A stretch of 64,000 bases of DNA from Dendrobates tinctorius. Taxonomy: Eukaryota. Of the stretch, positions 37,854 to 51,500 are shown in pieces. The notes beneath the pieces were generated by a model. It did no database searches, was not told the DNA's origin, and saw only the letters and a program-made list of their open reading frames with translations. The stretch is from the NCBI RefSeq assembly GCF_039654945.1, contig NW_027361741.1, positions 35,216,001 to 35,280,000 on the forward strand, read 5' to 3'. Each line of letters opens with the position of its first letter. Position 1 is the first letter of the stretch. The position numbers and the translations under genes were made by a program.

Positions 37854-40129
37854 CTGAAACAAGAGAATTATATTGTTTTTATGGGTGTGGAAAGAACAGG
37901 GGTTGTTACAATGGGAATATAGGTAGATGCCAAACAGGAAGGATAAAAAGATGGCTGCGTCTACATAACAATATTCACTCATGATCACTTGTATGCTACA
38001 ATAATAATTTGCACTTAAAAAAAGTACTGGTCTGGTCTCTAGTCAAGAACTCAAGAATCCATGGCATCTCTTCTGATTTGTAGAGTCAGCATGACTTCAT
38101 AGTTGCTGGCATAATAAATAATCAGACGAGGCACTGGGGATGGCAGCAGGTAAGAGGTCAATCACAGGGCTCCAGGCCAGCATCCAGACTACTGATGTGA
38201 CCACGGTCTACCTATCAAGAGTGCAGTTTGAACTGTGAAAACTGACAGATTTAGTTTAAACAGAAAAAAAACAAAACAAAAAAAAAAAAAAAAACACATT
38301 TGGGCTTCTAAGGGAGTGGTTTTGCCTTCCAAATAATTGCTGTACTGTGTATACTTGTAGGAGTAGTAGAGGTAATTTAGGACCATGCCAATGACACTGC
38401 CAGTGAGCACAAGCAGCAGAGGGATGCTACCAAACAGACCATATTTGGAAATTCTCTATCCATAGAATAAGGGATAGCTTGTTGATCGCTGGGGGCCCAG
38501 GCACTGTGCTCTGCCATCTGTGGCAGTCCCATAGAGAATGAATTGAGCAAAGTTGCGTATACTCAACCATAGCTTCATTCAGAAGAGGCTCAGCGGTTGA
38601 GTACGGTAGTTATTTGACTTCCAAACTTTAAAAAAGGCGCATTCAGAATATGTACAAAAACAAAGGAAAACCTGATAGTCAAGCTGTTATAACACATTTA
38701 AAGACTTATATGGGAGTCAATGGACATCTTGTCCTGATCTGTTCTAATATTGCTGAATTTATTCTGAAATTTACATTTCATTCAAATGTTTACATGGCTC
38801 TCTCCTCTACTGTAATGCCTGGTGTTTGGGGAACCTCTAGTTTAAGCTCTAGGGGCTAAGATTTACTCCAAAGACAAACACCACACAGACAGTACATCTG
38901 CTTCCTTTAACACATTACCACCATGTGCGGTGAGCAAAATAAAGAAGAACCCTGGGGAACCCTCCTACCAACAAAGCCACTAATCAGAAGTGAACACTTG
39001 GCAACAGAAAGCTTTATAGCAGGAGTCTGCAAGAAGATACATGCAAATTCCAGGTGACTTATGCAAGATGGCAGGACAAGCATGCCTGCTAGTTTAGGTG
39101 GCTGTGCCAATCAGCAAAGCCACCTTAATCTAAAGATCTTCAACCTTGCAACTTAAAGGAAAGCCATAATTAGAAAAGGACTTGGTGATTAAATCAGGTT
39201 TTTGGATTACATGTAATATAAAAAGGCATTTTTCTCATATCATGATCTTTATTTAAAAAAACAAACTGGCTGCTGAGGCTTGTTTTAGATTCATACTCCC
39301 TGTTCTTTTGGAATTTTCAGCAGCCTCTTTGCAAGAAGGATTACAATGTAAAGCGACACTTACACACCAGTGATAACACAGGCTCCATTAATCACAATAG
39401 GCCATGTCACAGCTGACCCTGCTCCCCTGCCTTCATAACGACCCTTGCACAGGCTCATTAGGTGCTTTAATACAAAAGCTAGGGTCTGGATGTGCACATT
39501 GTGCCAATGTATATGTCTTGTCTCCTGAAACATGAGTTATCAGTCCCAGTGGCCAGTGCGAAAATTGATAATTGTTATTTTTTATACAGATTGTGATATG
39601 GAGAAAAAGGTAAAACCCTCATTTAAACAAGTTAAATTTTGATGATTTCTTCCCTTTACGATGTAGCTTTAAATCACCACAAATGTTATTTTACCCTTGG
39701 AGTGGTGCTTCTAATCTAAGGTCCCTGACCCTACTTTTAGAACTCCCCTCAACTGCCTTCATCTTTTCATCGCTCCTGTAGACCTCTGGCAGTTTGTGGC
39801 CTGCAGGGTCACTCCAGTGTTCCATGGAGCGATCCGGAGATTACTCCTCAATGCTAGACTATGAGAGCCTTGTTCTGGCCTCATTCTGGCTCTCAGACTT
39901 GCATTGAAAGCTTGTGACAATTTCTGACTTCTCGCCAGTCAGAAGCTGCAGTCACAAGATGGCGCCGCAGGATTGGAGCCAAAAGGTGAAGATGTCGGAG
40001 GGAGTGTATGAGATCAGGGGGACCTTACATTAGTAGCACCACGCCATTGCTGAGAAAACGCTGGAGTGGTGTTTTAGGCATTAGTAGATATCCTTCAGAA
40101 AGTCAGTGCAACTAAGCATGTAGTCTCAC

Positions 40130-40827
40130 TGGTCATTGAAGGGATTATTAACACAAAAAAAGGAGTAAAAGTCCAAAATATTTTAGAAACGTAAGAAATT
40201 TATTATACATGAAAATAGTACTGACAATTATAAACATCTACAATGAAGGAATCGGGTAATATCCGCTGCTAATTGTCCTGTCCATATAATATCAAGTAAA
40301 AAAGAGCCAAGTGCTTCTTGTAATGATGGGCCATAAAACCGGGACACAAGTGTAGGGAAAAACCCAGGTGCGCATCCTGAGAAACAACCCCGTTATCCCA
40401 TGCTAAAGTGCTTACCCGCTGCACTTGTCTTGGAGCATACGATGGGTAAGCACTTTAGCACGGGATAGTTTCTCAGGATGCGCACCTGGGTTTTTCCCTA
40501 CACTTGTGTCCCGGTTTTATGGCCCATCATTACAAGAAGCACTTGGCTCTTTTTTACTTGATATTATATGGACAGGACAATTAGCAGCTGATATTACCCG
40601 ATTCCTTCATTGTAGATGTTGTTTATAATTGTCAGTACTATTTTCATGTATAATAAATTTCTTACGTTTCTAAAATATTTTGGACTTTTACTCCATTTTT
40701 TTGTGTTAATATGTTATGTGGGAGTGTCCATCATCGATCCCCTGAGTCATAATTTTACAAATGGTAACTCGCCTGGGGTACATTTCAAATTGTTCCATAT
40801 GGTATTGTTTTATGGTCATTGAAGGGA
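40130..40827. repeat. Fold-back insertion: ~270-bp inverted arms, ~100-bp tail, 15-bp direct repeats (Penelope-like architecture)
   Basis: Arms 40146-40417 and 40444-40711; tggtcattgaaggga at 40130-40144 and 40813-40827. Confidence 0.85.
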
Positions 40828-42683
40828 GTCTGTTAGATGATTATTTTCATAGCATTCTAATAGTATCCTCAAATATCCTGAAAGGGCTGCCCAAGCCATA
40901 TGTAACGTTTATTGCGGCATCATGCCTCACTTTCTTGCTGTAAACTCCAGGACAATTCAGAGTCGCGTGCCGGCTAGTCAAGCGTATGTAAAACAAAAGT
41001 AAATATTCACCCCTACCCACACCCATAATCTTTCCCACCACCTTCGCCGGCATCAGGGATAGTTAGGGTGCAACCAGGCGGCCATCTTACATGCACGAGG
41101 ATCGCATTGAAATGCTAGGACTTGCTGTTGGCTCTCCTAGCCTGACAGCATACATGCAGCTGACAGCAAATCATGTATAAGGGCTATGGACACGTTTGGG
41201 ATATTTTTTACCAAATGCATACATTTAATAGAGTTTTATTACAAATGTGGCTTCTACAGCCTTTGTGTACTACAATGAGTGAAGTCAGGAGAGGAGCTTA
41301 TTCTGAAATCGGGGTTCATAGCGACTGGGTTCTGCAGACATTATTGGGGGCCAATCCCCTTGTTCTTCCTGAGATAAGGAGAACTTGGCAGAACAAGAGC
41401 TGGTGTATCGTAGACAGCCATCCAAGCCAAATATACATAGATTCAAATGGGCACTGTAATTTTAACAGTAGGAGCCATTATACTTTCTTTTGAAGGGAAA
41501 TAAATAGCTTAAGTCGATCTAGTCTTGCAAGAAGGACAGGCAGCACAGTAATGTGTCAGGTTAAAAGTATACTAAAGCCTATAGAAAGGTAAGAACCAAA
41601 CAAGCACAAACACTGCAGGTGCAACTTTCTAGCATGCATACAAGCTCATCCCTTTGCTGGACTCACAGCTACACTGCAGTGTAATTTTCTCCATGACTGC
41701 TACTTCTGTCTGCGAGTTTCCCAATTAAACAGCAGGAATCCTGTATGATTAGTATACATCACAGCAGATGGTAACCTCCCACCAACTGAAAGACCAGTGC
41801 AAATTAGAGGTAAAGCCTGTAGAGGGGCAAACTGGTTAAAAATGCAGGACTTAAGTCATAATGGCGAGAAAAGAGGTTATTTATTGTGTACACACATGAC
41901 AGCTTATGATTAAAAAGCTACTTGAAAGTATAATTACCCATTAAGTGAAAATAAACGCCCATAAAACGGTACAATACATTGCATACATTTAAATGCAAGC
42001 AATTGGGGCTAAAAAAAGTCATGTTTGCAGTTTTCATTAAAAAATGCTGCACAGTTCGCCCTCTATAGCCTCTGTATAAGGACAAATTCAGACAGCTCTA
42101 CAAATTGGACTGAGATCAAAACACAGTCTAGCCAACCCAAGCATGACAGTAGCATAGAAATACATGAAGCCGTCATGCTCGGGGCGGGAGAGCCACCAGC
42201 CAGTCCATGGACTGTGTTCTGATCTCAGCCCAATTCATATGGCTGTGACTGCGCACTTACACAGTATTGCTGGCTGCAGAATGAGTTAATGGGCTGTCTA
42301 CATTCTCTTTATATTTTATCAGATGTGTTGGGGACATGATTTTGTGGTACTTACCATTATGCAGGTATGACAGGTTCTCCCGTTCTTGTTACTGCAGTTT
42401 CCTCAGACTGCACAGCTCTCGTGTCCTTACAATGGCGGCTGGTGGAGGAATATGTGACCAGTCCTGTCCATCAGTCTCCTCCAACAGAAAACCAGTTTTC
42501 ATGCGAGGCTTTTAATTGGACAAGACTGGTGGACAGGTTTGGTCACGCGCTCTTCCACCAGCAGCCATTGTATGGACAGAAGAGCTGTGCAGTCTAAGGA
42601 AAGCTGCAGTAACAAGAGCAGGAGGAGAACCTGTCAGTCATACTTATAAGTGCTACAAGATCATGTCCCCAACACAAAAATAA

Positions 42684-42887
42684 AGCATGGTGGCTCAGTG
42701 GTTAGCACTGGGGTCCTGGATTCAAGTCCCACCAAAGAGTTTGCATGGGCTTCCTCTGGTTTCATCCCACACTCCAAAAACATACAGATAGGAATTCTAG
42801 CTTGTGAGCCCCAATGGGGACAGTGACTACGTCGTCGACAAATAATGTGGAATTAATGGCGCTATACAAGTGAGTAAAATAAATAAT
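42684..42887 (+). mobile_element. tRNA-derived SINE, same family, internally deleted
   Basis: ggtggctcagtggttagcac, ggattcaagtccc, 3' ggcgctatacaag...aaataaataat. Confidence 0.8.
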
Positions 42888-43669
42888 GTAGCCATCCCAG
42901 CTACCTCATTCAGCAGTCAGAAATAGACAGTGTAATACAGAAGATTTTGGAGGCAAATGGTGCAAAAGTTAATGCGACCCAATTGCATGGATTTACAGAA
43001 AAAAAAAAAAAAAGTGACCACAAACCCCTTTAACCCCTTCACTACCAAGGGTGGTTTGCACGTTACCTACCGGGCCAATTTTTACAATTCTGACCACTGT
43101 ACCTTTATGAGGTCATAACTCTGGAACGCTTTCATGGATCCTGGTGATTCTGACATTGTTTTCTCGTGACATATTGTACTTCATGTTAGTGGTAAAATTG
43201 CATTCAAATAACTTGCGTTTATTTGTGAAAAAAACGGAAATTTGGCGAAAATTTCGCAATTTTCCAACTTTGAATTTTTATGCCCTTAAATCACAGCGAT
43301 ACGGCACACAAAAAACTTAATACATAACATTTCCCACATGTTTACTTTACATCAGCACAATTTTGCAACCAAATTTTTTTTTTGCTAGGAAGTTAAGGGT
43401 TAAAATTTGACCAGCGATTTCTCATTTTTGCAACACCATTTTATTTTTAGGGACCACTTCACATTTGAAGCCACTTTGAGGGGTCTATATGATAGAAAAT
43501 ACCCAAAAGTGACACCATTCTAAAAACTGCACCCCTCAAGGTGCTTAAAACCACATTCAAGAAGTTTATTAACCCTTTAGGTGCGTCACAGGAATTTTTT
43601 GAATATTAAAAAAAAATGAACATTTAACTTTTTTTCACAAAAAAAATACTTCAGGTTCAATTTTCTTTA

Positions 43670-45050
43670 TTTTACCAAGGGTAACAGGAGAAATTGGACT
43701 GCAAAAGTTATTGTGCAATTTGTCCTGACTACGCTGATACCTGATATGTGGGGGGGAACCACTGTTTCGGCGCATGGCAGAGCTCAGAATGGAAGGAGCG
43801 CCGTTTGACTTTTTCAATGCAAAATTGGCTGGAATTCAGATCGGACGCCATGTCACGTTTGGCGAGCCCCTGATGTACCTAAACAGTGGAAACCCCCCCA
43901 AGTGACCCCATTTTGGAAACTAGACCCCCCAAGGAACTTATCTAGATATGTGGTGAGAACTTTGAACCCACAAGGGCTTCACAGAAGTTTATAACGTACA
44001 GCGGTACAATTAAAAAATCATATTTTTTCCACAAAAATGATCTTTTCACCCACAATTTTTATTTTTCCAAGGGTAACAGGACCCTAAAAGTTTTTGTGCA
44101 ATTTGTCCTGAGTACGCTGATACCCCATATGTGGGTGTAAATGACTATTTGGGCGCATAGCAGAGCTCGGAAGGGAAGCAGCGCCATTTGACGTTTTTGG
44201 CTAGAATTGAGATCGGACACCATGTCGCGATTGGAAAACCCCTGATGTACCAAACCAGTGGAAACCCCCCACAAATGACACCATTTTGGAATCTAGACCC
44301 CCCAAGGAACTTATCTAGATGTGTGGTGAGCACTTTGAACCCCCCAGTGCTTCACTGAAGTTTATAACGTCCGGGCGTGAAAATAAAAAAATCGTATTTT
44401 TTCCACAAACATGATCTTTTAGTCCCCATTTTTTTATTTTCCCAAGGGTAACAGGAGAAATTGGACCCCAAAAGTTGTTGTCCAATTTGTCCTGAGTACG
44501 CTGATACCTCATATGTGGGAGAAAACTACTGTATGGGCACACGTCGGGGCTCGGAAGGGAAGTAGTGACGTTTTGGAATGCAGACTTTGATGGAATGGTC
44601 TGCGGGTGTCATGTTGCGTTTGGAGAGCCCCTGATGTACCTAAACTATTGAAACTCCCCACAAGTGACCCCATTTTGGAAACTAGACCCCCCACGGAGCT
44701 TATCTAGATGTGTGGAGAGCACTTTGAACCCCCAAGTGCTTCACAGAAGTTTATAACGCCTGGGCGTGAAAATAAAAAAAACATTTTTTTCCGCAAAATT
44801 ATATTTTTGCCCCCAGTTTTTTATTTTCCTAAGGGTAACAGGAGAAATTGGACCCCAAAAGTTGTTTTGTAATTTGTCCTGAGTAGGCTGATACCCTACA
44901 TGTGGGGGTAAAACACTGTTTGGGCACATGGCAGAGCTTGGAAGGGAAGGAGCACCATTTGACTTTTTCAACGCAGAATTGGCTGGAATTGAGATCAGAC
45001 GCCATGTTGCCTTTGGAGAGCACCTGATGTGCCCAAACAGTGGAAACCCC
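43670..45050. repeat. About 385-bp tandem repeat, ~3.6 copies, inside the TTAA element
   Basis: aagggtaacagga...gtcctgagtacgctgatacc recurs near 43677, 44068, 44444 and 44831. Confidence 0.85.
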
Positions 45051-45061
45051 CAATTATAACT

Positions 45062-45222
45062 CCAACCCTAACCTCAACACACCCCTAACCCTAATCTGAG
45101 CCCTAGCCCTAACCCTATCCCTAACCCTAACCCTAGCCCTAACCCTAGCCCTAACCCTAGCCCTAACCCTAGCCCTAACCCTAGCCCTAACCCTAGCCCT
45201 AACCCTAACCCTAACCCTAGCG
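45062..45222. repeat. Telomere-like (CCCTAA/CCCTAG)n tract
   Basis: Alternating ccctaa and ccctag hexamers read directly. Confidence 0.93.
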
Positions 45223-48200
45223 GGAAAATGGAAATAAATACATTTTCTTTTAGTTTTATTATTTTTCTCTAACTAAGGGGGTGATAACGGGGGGTTTGAT
45301 TTACGATTTATGGTGGTTTTTATGTTTGGCGGCTGTCGCACGCTAAAAGACGCTTTTTATTGTAAAAATAGTTTTTGCATCACCACATATTGTGAGCTAT
45401 AATTTTTCCATATTTTGACCCACCGAGTCATGTGAGGTCTTATTTTTTGCGGGACGAGTTGACGTTTTTATTGGTACCATTTTCGGGCACGTGACATTTT
45501 TTGATCGCTTTTTATTCCGATTTTTGGGATGCAGAATGAACAAAAACCAGCGTTTCATGAATTTCTTTTGGGGGGTGCGTTTACACCGTTCTGCGTGCGG
45601 TAAAATTGATAACGCGTTTTTATTCTTCGGGTCAGTACGGTTACAGCGATACCTCATTTAGGTCGTTTTTTTATGTTTTGTCGGTTTTTTGCAATGAAAA
45701 CAATTTTATATAAAAAATAATTATTTTTGTATCGCTTTATTCTGCGAGCTATAACTTTTTTATTTTTTTGCGGATGATGCTGTATGGTGGCTCGTTTTTT
45801 GCGGGACAAGATGACGTTTTCAGCGGTACCATGGTTATTTATATGCGACTTTTTGATCGCGCGTTATTGCACTTTTTGTTCGGTGGTATGATAATAAATC
45901 ATTATTTTTTGCTTCGTTTTTTATTTTTATTTTTTAAGGGGTTCACTAAAGGGGTTAACTAATGGGACAGTTTTATAGGGCGGGTCATTACGGACGCGGC
46001 GATACCAAATATGTGTACTTTTATTGTTTTGTTTTTTTTTTATTTTCAAAAAATGGATTTATTGGGGAATATTTTTTTTTTTTAACTAATTTATTTAGCG
46101 ATTTTTTTTAAATTATTTTTAACACTTTTTTTTTTTTTTTTTTTACTTTATTACCTTGTCCCAGGTGGGACATCACTGTCCTGTGACAGATCGCTGATCT
46201 GTCACATCACAGATCACTGTGACAGATCAGCGATCTGTCACAGGCATTGCTGCAGACTTCCTCATGCCTGCGCTTTGCAGGCACTGAGGAAGCCAGCTTC
46301 CGAAGGCCCCCGTCGCCATCTTGGATTCGGGGGCCTGGAGGAAGGGAGTCCCCCGCAGCAGCGCTGCACATTGCGCTGCCGTGGGGGGCTCAGGGAAGCA
46401 CGGAGGGAGCCCCCTCCCTGCCGATGCTTCCCTTTAACCCCCGGTACACCGCGATCGCGTTTGATCGCGGTGTGCAAGGGGTTAACGTGTCGGGGGCGGT
46501 CCGTGACCGCCCCTGACACATTGTGCCGGGTGTCAGCTATGATAATTAGCTGACACTCGGCCGCGATCAGCGGCGCTCACCACGTGGGCGCCGCTGATCG
46601 CGATGACGTAATATTCCGTCCATGGTAATTAGGTCCATGGTCACATGGACGGAATATTACGTCAATTGTAGGTAAGGGGTTAAGTTTGGCAATCTGCACA
46701 TTACCACAGGTCAGGCCTCAACCCCCCAATGATCAGCATGTTTTACCATTGGAAGCTGCAGCAGAAGGGAAAATGTAGTATTGCATGCTGGCTTCAGACT
46801 CTTAGCAAAGTATGAAATACACCTGCAGAGCATGGACCTGTATTACAGTCTTTGTGCTGCCTCCGATCTTTACCAATTCTTATACTTGTTTTGGAAAATT
46901 GAAAGGGTTATTAAGCCCTGGTGGCATTTTCCTAAGGATAAAGTAGTGGACAAGCTCCAACACAATCAGTCTGTGTGCATAGGCCGTCATTGTTCTCGGT
47001 AGCTCAATGACACAGTTTAAAGGGAACCTGCAGATATAGGGTTAATCTGCAGGTTAATAGCGTTATGAAGTTGCCCAGTCACAGAAGTAAAAACGTGGTA
47101 CCCAGAAGAATGTTAACTATTTGTCCTATAAGTCGCCAGCTTTCAGTCATCCAGGATTGCCCAACACAGCTACAATCACTGCTGTAATGATAAATCCTAT
47201 CTACACAGAATCTTATCCGTAGCTGCTGCCACCTAGCTCAGTAATGGGAAAAGGTCTCCACCGAATACAGACTGTACCACAGTATGGAGAATTCTGATAA
47301 TGAGTGATCAATCCTGGCATAGAAAGAAACAGGTCTCTGAGAAGATATATTAAAAAGTTGCTTATTTTCATGCGTACTCTGGATTTACAAATGAGCAACT
47401 GTCATTTTAATTACCAGAGTGAAGACTGCATGATTTCAAAAAAAAAAAAAAGAGGGGGGGGGGGGGGGGGGATTCACAATACCACTTGTTTCTTAAAGTG
47501 GCAGCAATTCATGTGAGTTATCAGACTGAACTGGATTGTGTGTACAAGAGGAGGAGTATAACACTATTTCTGGTCATTACTTTTTAATTGATGGTCTGGG
47601 TCTGACTCCTGGCACCTCCGCCGATCAGCTGTTATCGGCCAGAAGTACTAACTTGTGGAGCTGGCCATCTACACATCCGCCTGCTATTCAAATCAATAGG
47701 AGGCGGATGTGTAGTTCCCTTCGGCAGCCACTATCAGAAGATGGCCAGCTCCGAAAGCAAGCACTTCCAAGTTCCGGCGGCAGCCAACGATAACAGCTGA
47801 TCAGAAGGGGAGCCGGGTGTCGCTCTCAGACTTTCATAACCAATCAAAAAGTAGGGGGCAACCTCTTTAAAGCACTTATAAAGAGCTTATTCAGGACTTT
47901 AACAATGTGCCGAAGAACTAACAGACAGGTAGTTACCAACTATTGGCTAGCACAGAGCTGTTACAAACCACCACTGCCAGCGATACTGTGGCTTCTGCTG
48001 TCGTCACGTCAACAAAGCAGCTTCTTGTCTTCCGCTCTATTGATGGTGCGGAACTGCCTGAAAGAAGCCGGCTGTCAATCAGCATGATGTCGGCAGTCAT
48101 ACCCCATCAACAGCAGTCTTCAAGGAGAGCAGCTGAATTGGTGGCACGAGTGGTTGGCGACTGCTTTAAGCTGGCAGAGGTACAACAGGTAGGTTCCTTT

Positions 48201-48587
48201 GTCAGCAACTACCCGCTTGTTTTTAGGCACTTAAGCAAATAAATCAGTAACACTGAGCTCTGGAGTGAGGTAGAAACGGGTTAGAAAGCCCAATATGATA
48301 CTTCTATGCACTCGTATGTCCCTTACTCCTTCTCGCTCCACAAGTTTGTGCTGGTAGTTCATCTGGTCTTGAACAAGCCTGATTTATGCTATTTCTTGAA
48401 TCAGATTTTTTATTAAACATTCAGGAATCAATACAGAAAGAATATGACATCTTATATAGCTAGTAAAAATTACATTGAGAGCAGATATTTAAAGGGTAAA
48501 ACTCTTCCTGTGTAGATTTATGCTATTTCTCAGTGTATATGGTGAACTCAGGAGGCAGGAGGAGAGCAACAAGTGGCTAAAACTTAT

Positions 48588-51500
48588 CAGAATATCAGGA
48601 CTCTTCAGACATACAGATGACTACCCATTCCTGCTACTACATGTGGGGACAAATGACACCGCAAGAAACGACCTGGAAACCATCTGCGGAGACTTTGAAG
48701 ACTTAGGCAAGAAAGTGAAAGAACTGGGAGCGCAGGTGGTCTTCTCTTCCATCCTCCCAGTGGATGGTCATGGAACAAGGAGGTGGAATAAGATTCTGCA
48801 GGTGAACAACTGGCTACATCGATGGTGCCGTCAGCAACGATTTGGATTTCTGGATCACGGAGTGAACTACTTATACGATGGACTACTTGCTAGAGATGGA
48901 GTGCACCTTACGAAGACTGGAAAGCATGTATTTGGAAGTCGCCTTGCTACACTTGTAAGGAGAGCTTTAAACTAGAACAACATGGGAAGGGAAGCAAAAG
49001 ACCAGAAAAAGCCATACACCTGACAAATGCTATTGAGAACTCTGCTATTAGAAGTGGAAAGGAAGAACAAAGACGAAAGAATCTAATAAAAATATTGGAG
49101 AAAGAGAAACCAATCACAAACTAAAATGTTTCTATACTAATGCACAAAGCATGGGCAACAAACAAGGAGAATTGGAACTACTAACACAGGAAAAGAAATA
49201 TGATGTCATTGGAATCACTGAAACTTGGTGGGACAATACACATGATTGGAATACAAGGATAGAAGGATACAACTTATTTGCAAGAAACAGACTTGATAAA
49301 CGAGGAGGGGGTGTCGCATTGTATGTTAGAAACACGTATATCTGCACAGGGATTGAAGCTTCAGAGACTGGGAGTTCTGTGGAAACTGTTTGGGTAAGAA
49401 TACAAGGACAGAACAATGGAAAGGACACCATTGTAGGCATTTACTACAGGCCGCCTGTGCAAGCTGAAGATATGGATGAACTCTTTATGCATCAAATGGC
49501 CAAGTTCTCCAAAAAATATGACATAGTTGTCATGGGAGATTTCAACTATCCAGACATTTGTTGGGAATCTCTCTCAGGCAAAACTAACAGGTCAAGGAAA
49601 TTCTTATCCTCTCTTGCTGACAACTTTATCTTCCAAAAGGTAAGGGAGAAAACAAGGGGAACTGCTACCTTGGATCTAATCCTTATAAACAGGGAGGAAA
49701 TGGTTGAGGAGGTAAAAGTGGCTGGGACCCTAGGAGGTAGCGACCATGCTATTTTAGAATTTTGGATAACTAGAGGCGGAAGACCTGTGAAGACTCAGAC
49801 GTCAAGGTTAGATTTCAGAAAGGCAGATTTTAAGGGATTCAGAAAGAGAATTGGAGGGATCCAATGGCTGGATATCCTTAAAGACAAAAATGTCCAGGAA
49901 GGATGGGAAATCTTGAAAAATGAAATTCTCAAAGCACAGTTGTTATCAATTCCGAAAAGAGGGAAGAATAGGAAGCATTTAAGGAAACCAGGATGGATGA
50001 ACACAGAACTTAAGCACATGCTAAAAAGGAAGAAAAAAATGTTTATAAAATGGAAAGAGGGAGGCATATCTAAAGAAGAATATAATGCTGTCTGCAGAAC
50101 CTGCAGGGCACAAATCAGATTATCTAAAGCTGAAAATGAATTGAGGCTTGCAAGAGATGTCAAAAGCAATAATAAAGGATTTTGGGGATATGTCAAAAGT
50201 AAAAGAAAAGTCAAAGATGCTATAGGATTTTTACAGGATGAAAATTATGAAATGGTAAGACAGGATGTTGAGAAGGCTGAACTTTTAAATTCCTATTTTG
50301 CATCTGTTTTCTCTCAGAAAGGAAATGTAACATCAACTGTTATTCACTGTCCTATTAAGGGAATAGAAGAATCCAGGATATCTATAAACAGAAAGATAGT
50401 GAGGAAACACTTAGCTAACCTAAATGAATTCAAGTCTCCAGGTCCAGATGAATTACACCCCAGAATACTGAAGGAGATAGCAGAAGAAATTTTTGAACCC
50501 CTCTCCATAATCTTTGAAAATTCTTGGAGGAAAGGAGAAGTGCCAGAAGACTGGAGAAGAGCAAATGTTGTTCCTATCTTCAAAAAGGGGAAGAAGGTGG
50601 ACCTAGGCAACTATAGGCCGGTGAGTCTGACTTCTATACCAGGAAAGATCTTTGAACAAATTATTAAACAACATGTATGTCAATACCTGGATAAGAATGA
50701 AGTGATCAAACAGAGTCAGCATGGGTTTGGAACTAATAAGTCATGTCAGACTAACTTAATTTCCTTCTATGACGGTATCACTGATTGGGTGGATCAAGGA
50801 AATGCTGTAGATATAGTATATCTTGACTTCAGCAAAGCATTTGACAAAGTCTCTCATACAATCCTTATTGAAAAAATGACTAAGTATGGAATGGACAAGG
50901 CAACTGTTAGGTGGATTCATAACTGGCTTAGTGATCGGACCCAAAGCGTGGTTGTAAATGGCTGCACATCCAGTTGGAAGAATGTCTCAAGTGGGGTACC
51001 ACAGGGCTCTGTCCTGGGCCCTGTATTGTTCAACATCTTTATCAACGATTTAGATGAAAGAATTGAGGGTAAACTGATTAAATTTGCTGATGACACAAAG
51101 CTAGGAGGGATAGCTAATACTAGAGAAGAGAGAGAGAGGATTCAAAACGATTTAAATAAACTGGAGAAGTGGGCAGCAACTAACATAATGGTTTTTAACA
51201 GGGAGAAATGCAAAGTACTACATCAGGGCAATAAAAATGAAAAAAAGCATATATAGAATGGGAGGAATAGGGCTAAGTGACAGCACATGTGAAAAAGACT
51301 TGGGTATACTAATAGATCACAGACTGAATATGAGTCAACAGTGTGATGCAGCAGCAAAAAAGGCAAATGCAATTCTAGGATGTATTAAGAGAAGCATACA
51401 GTCTAGATCATGTGAAGTCATTATTTCCCTCTACTCCTCTTTGGTCAGACCTCATCTGGAATATTGTGTCCAGTCTTGGGCACCACATTTTAAAAAAGAC

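Larger units (their letters stand above)
43034..46679. mobile_element. Large TTAA-flanked non-autonomous DNA transposon (piggyBac-like termini CCCCTT...AAGGGG)
   Basis: TTAA|ccccttc ... aagggg|TTAA; internal ~385-bp tandem repeats and a telomere-like tract; no long ORF. Confidence 0.8.
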
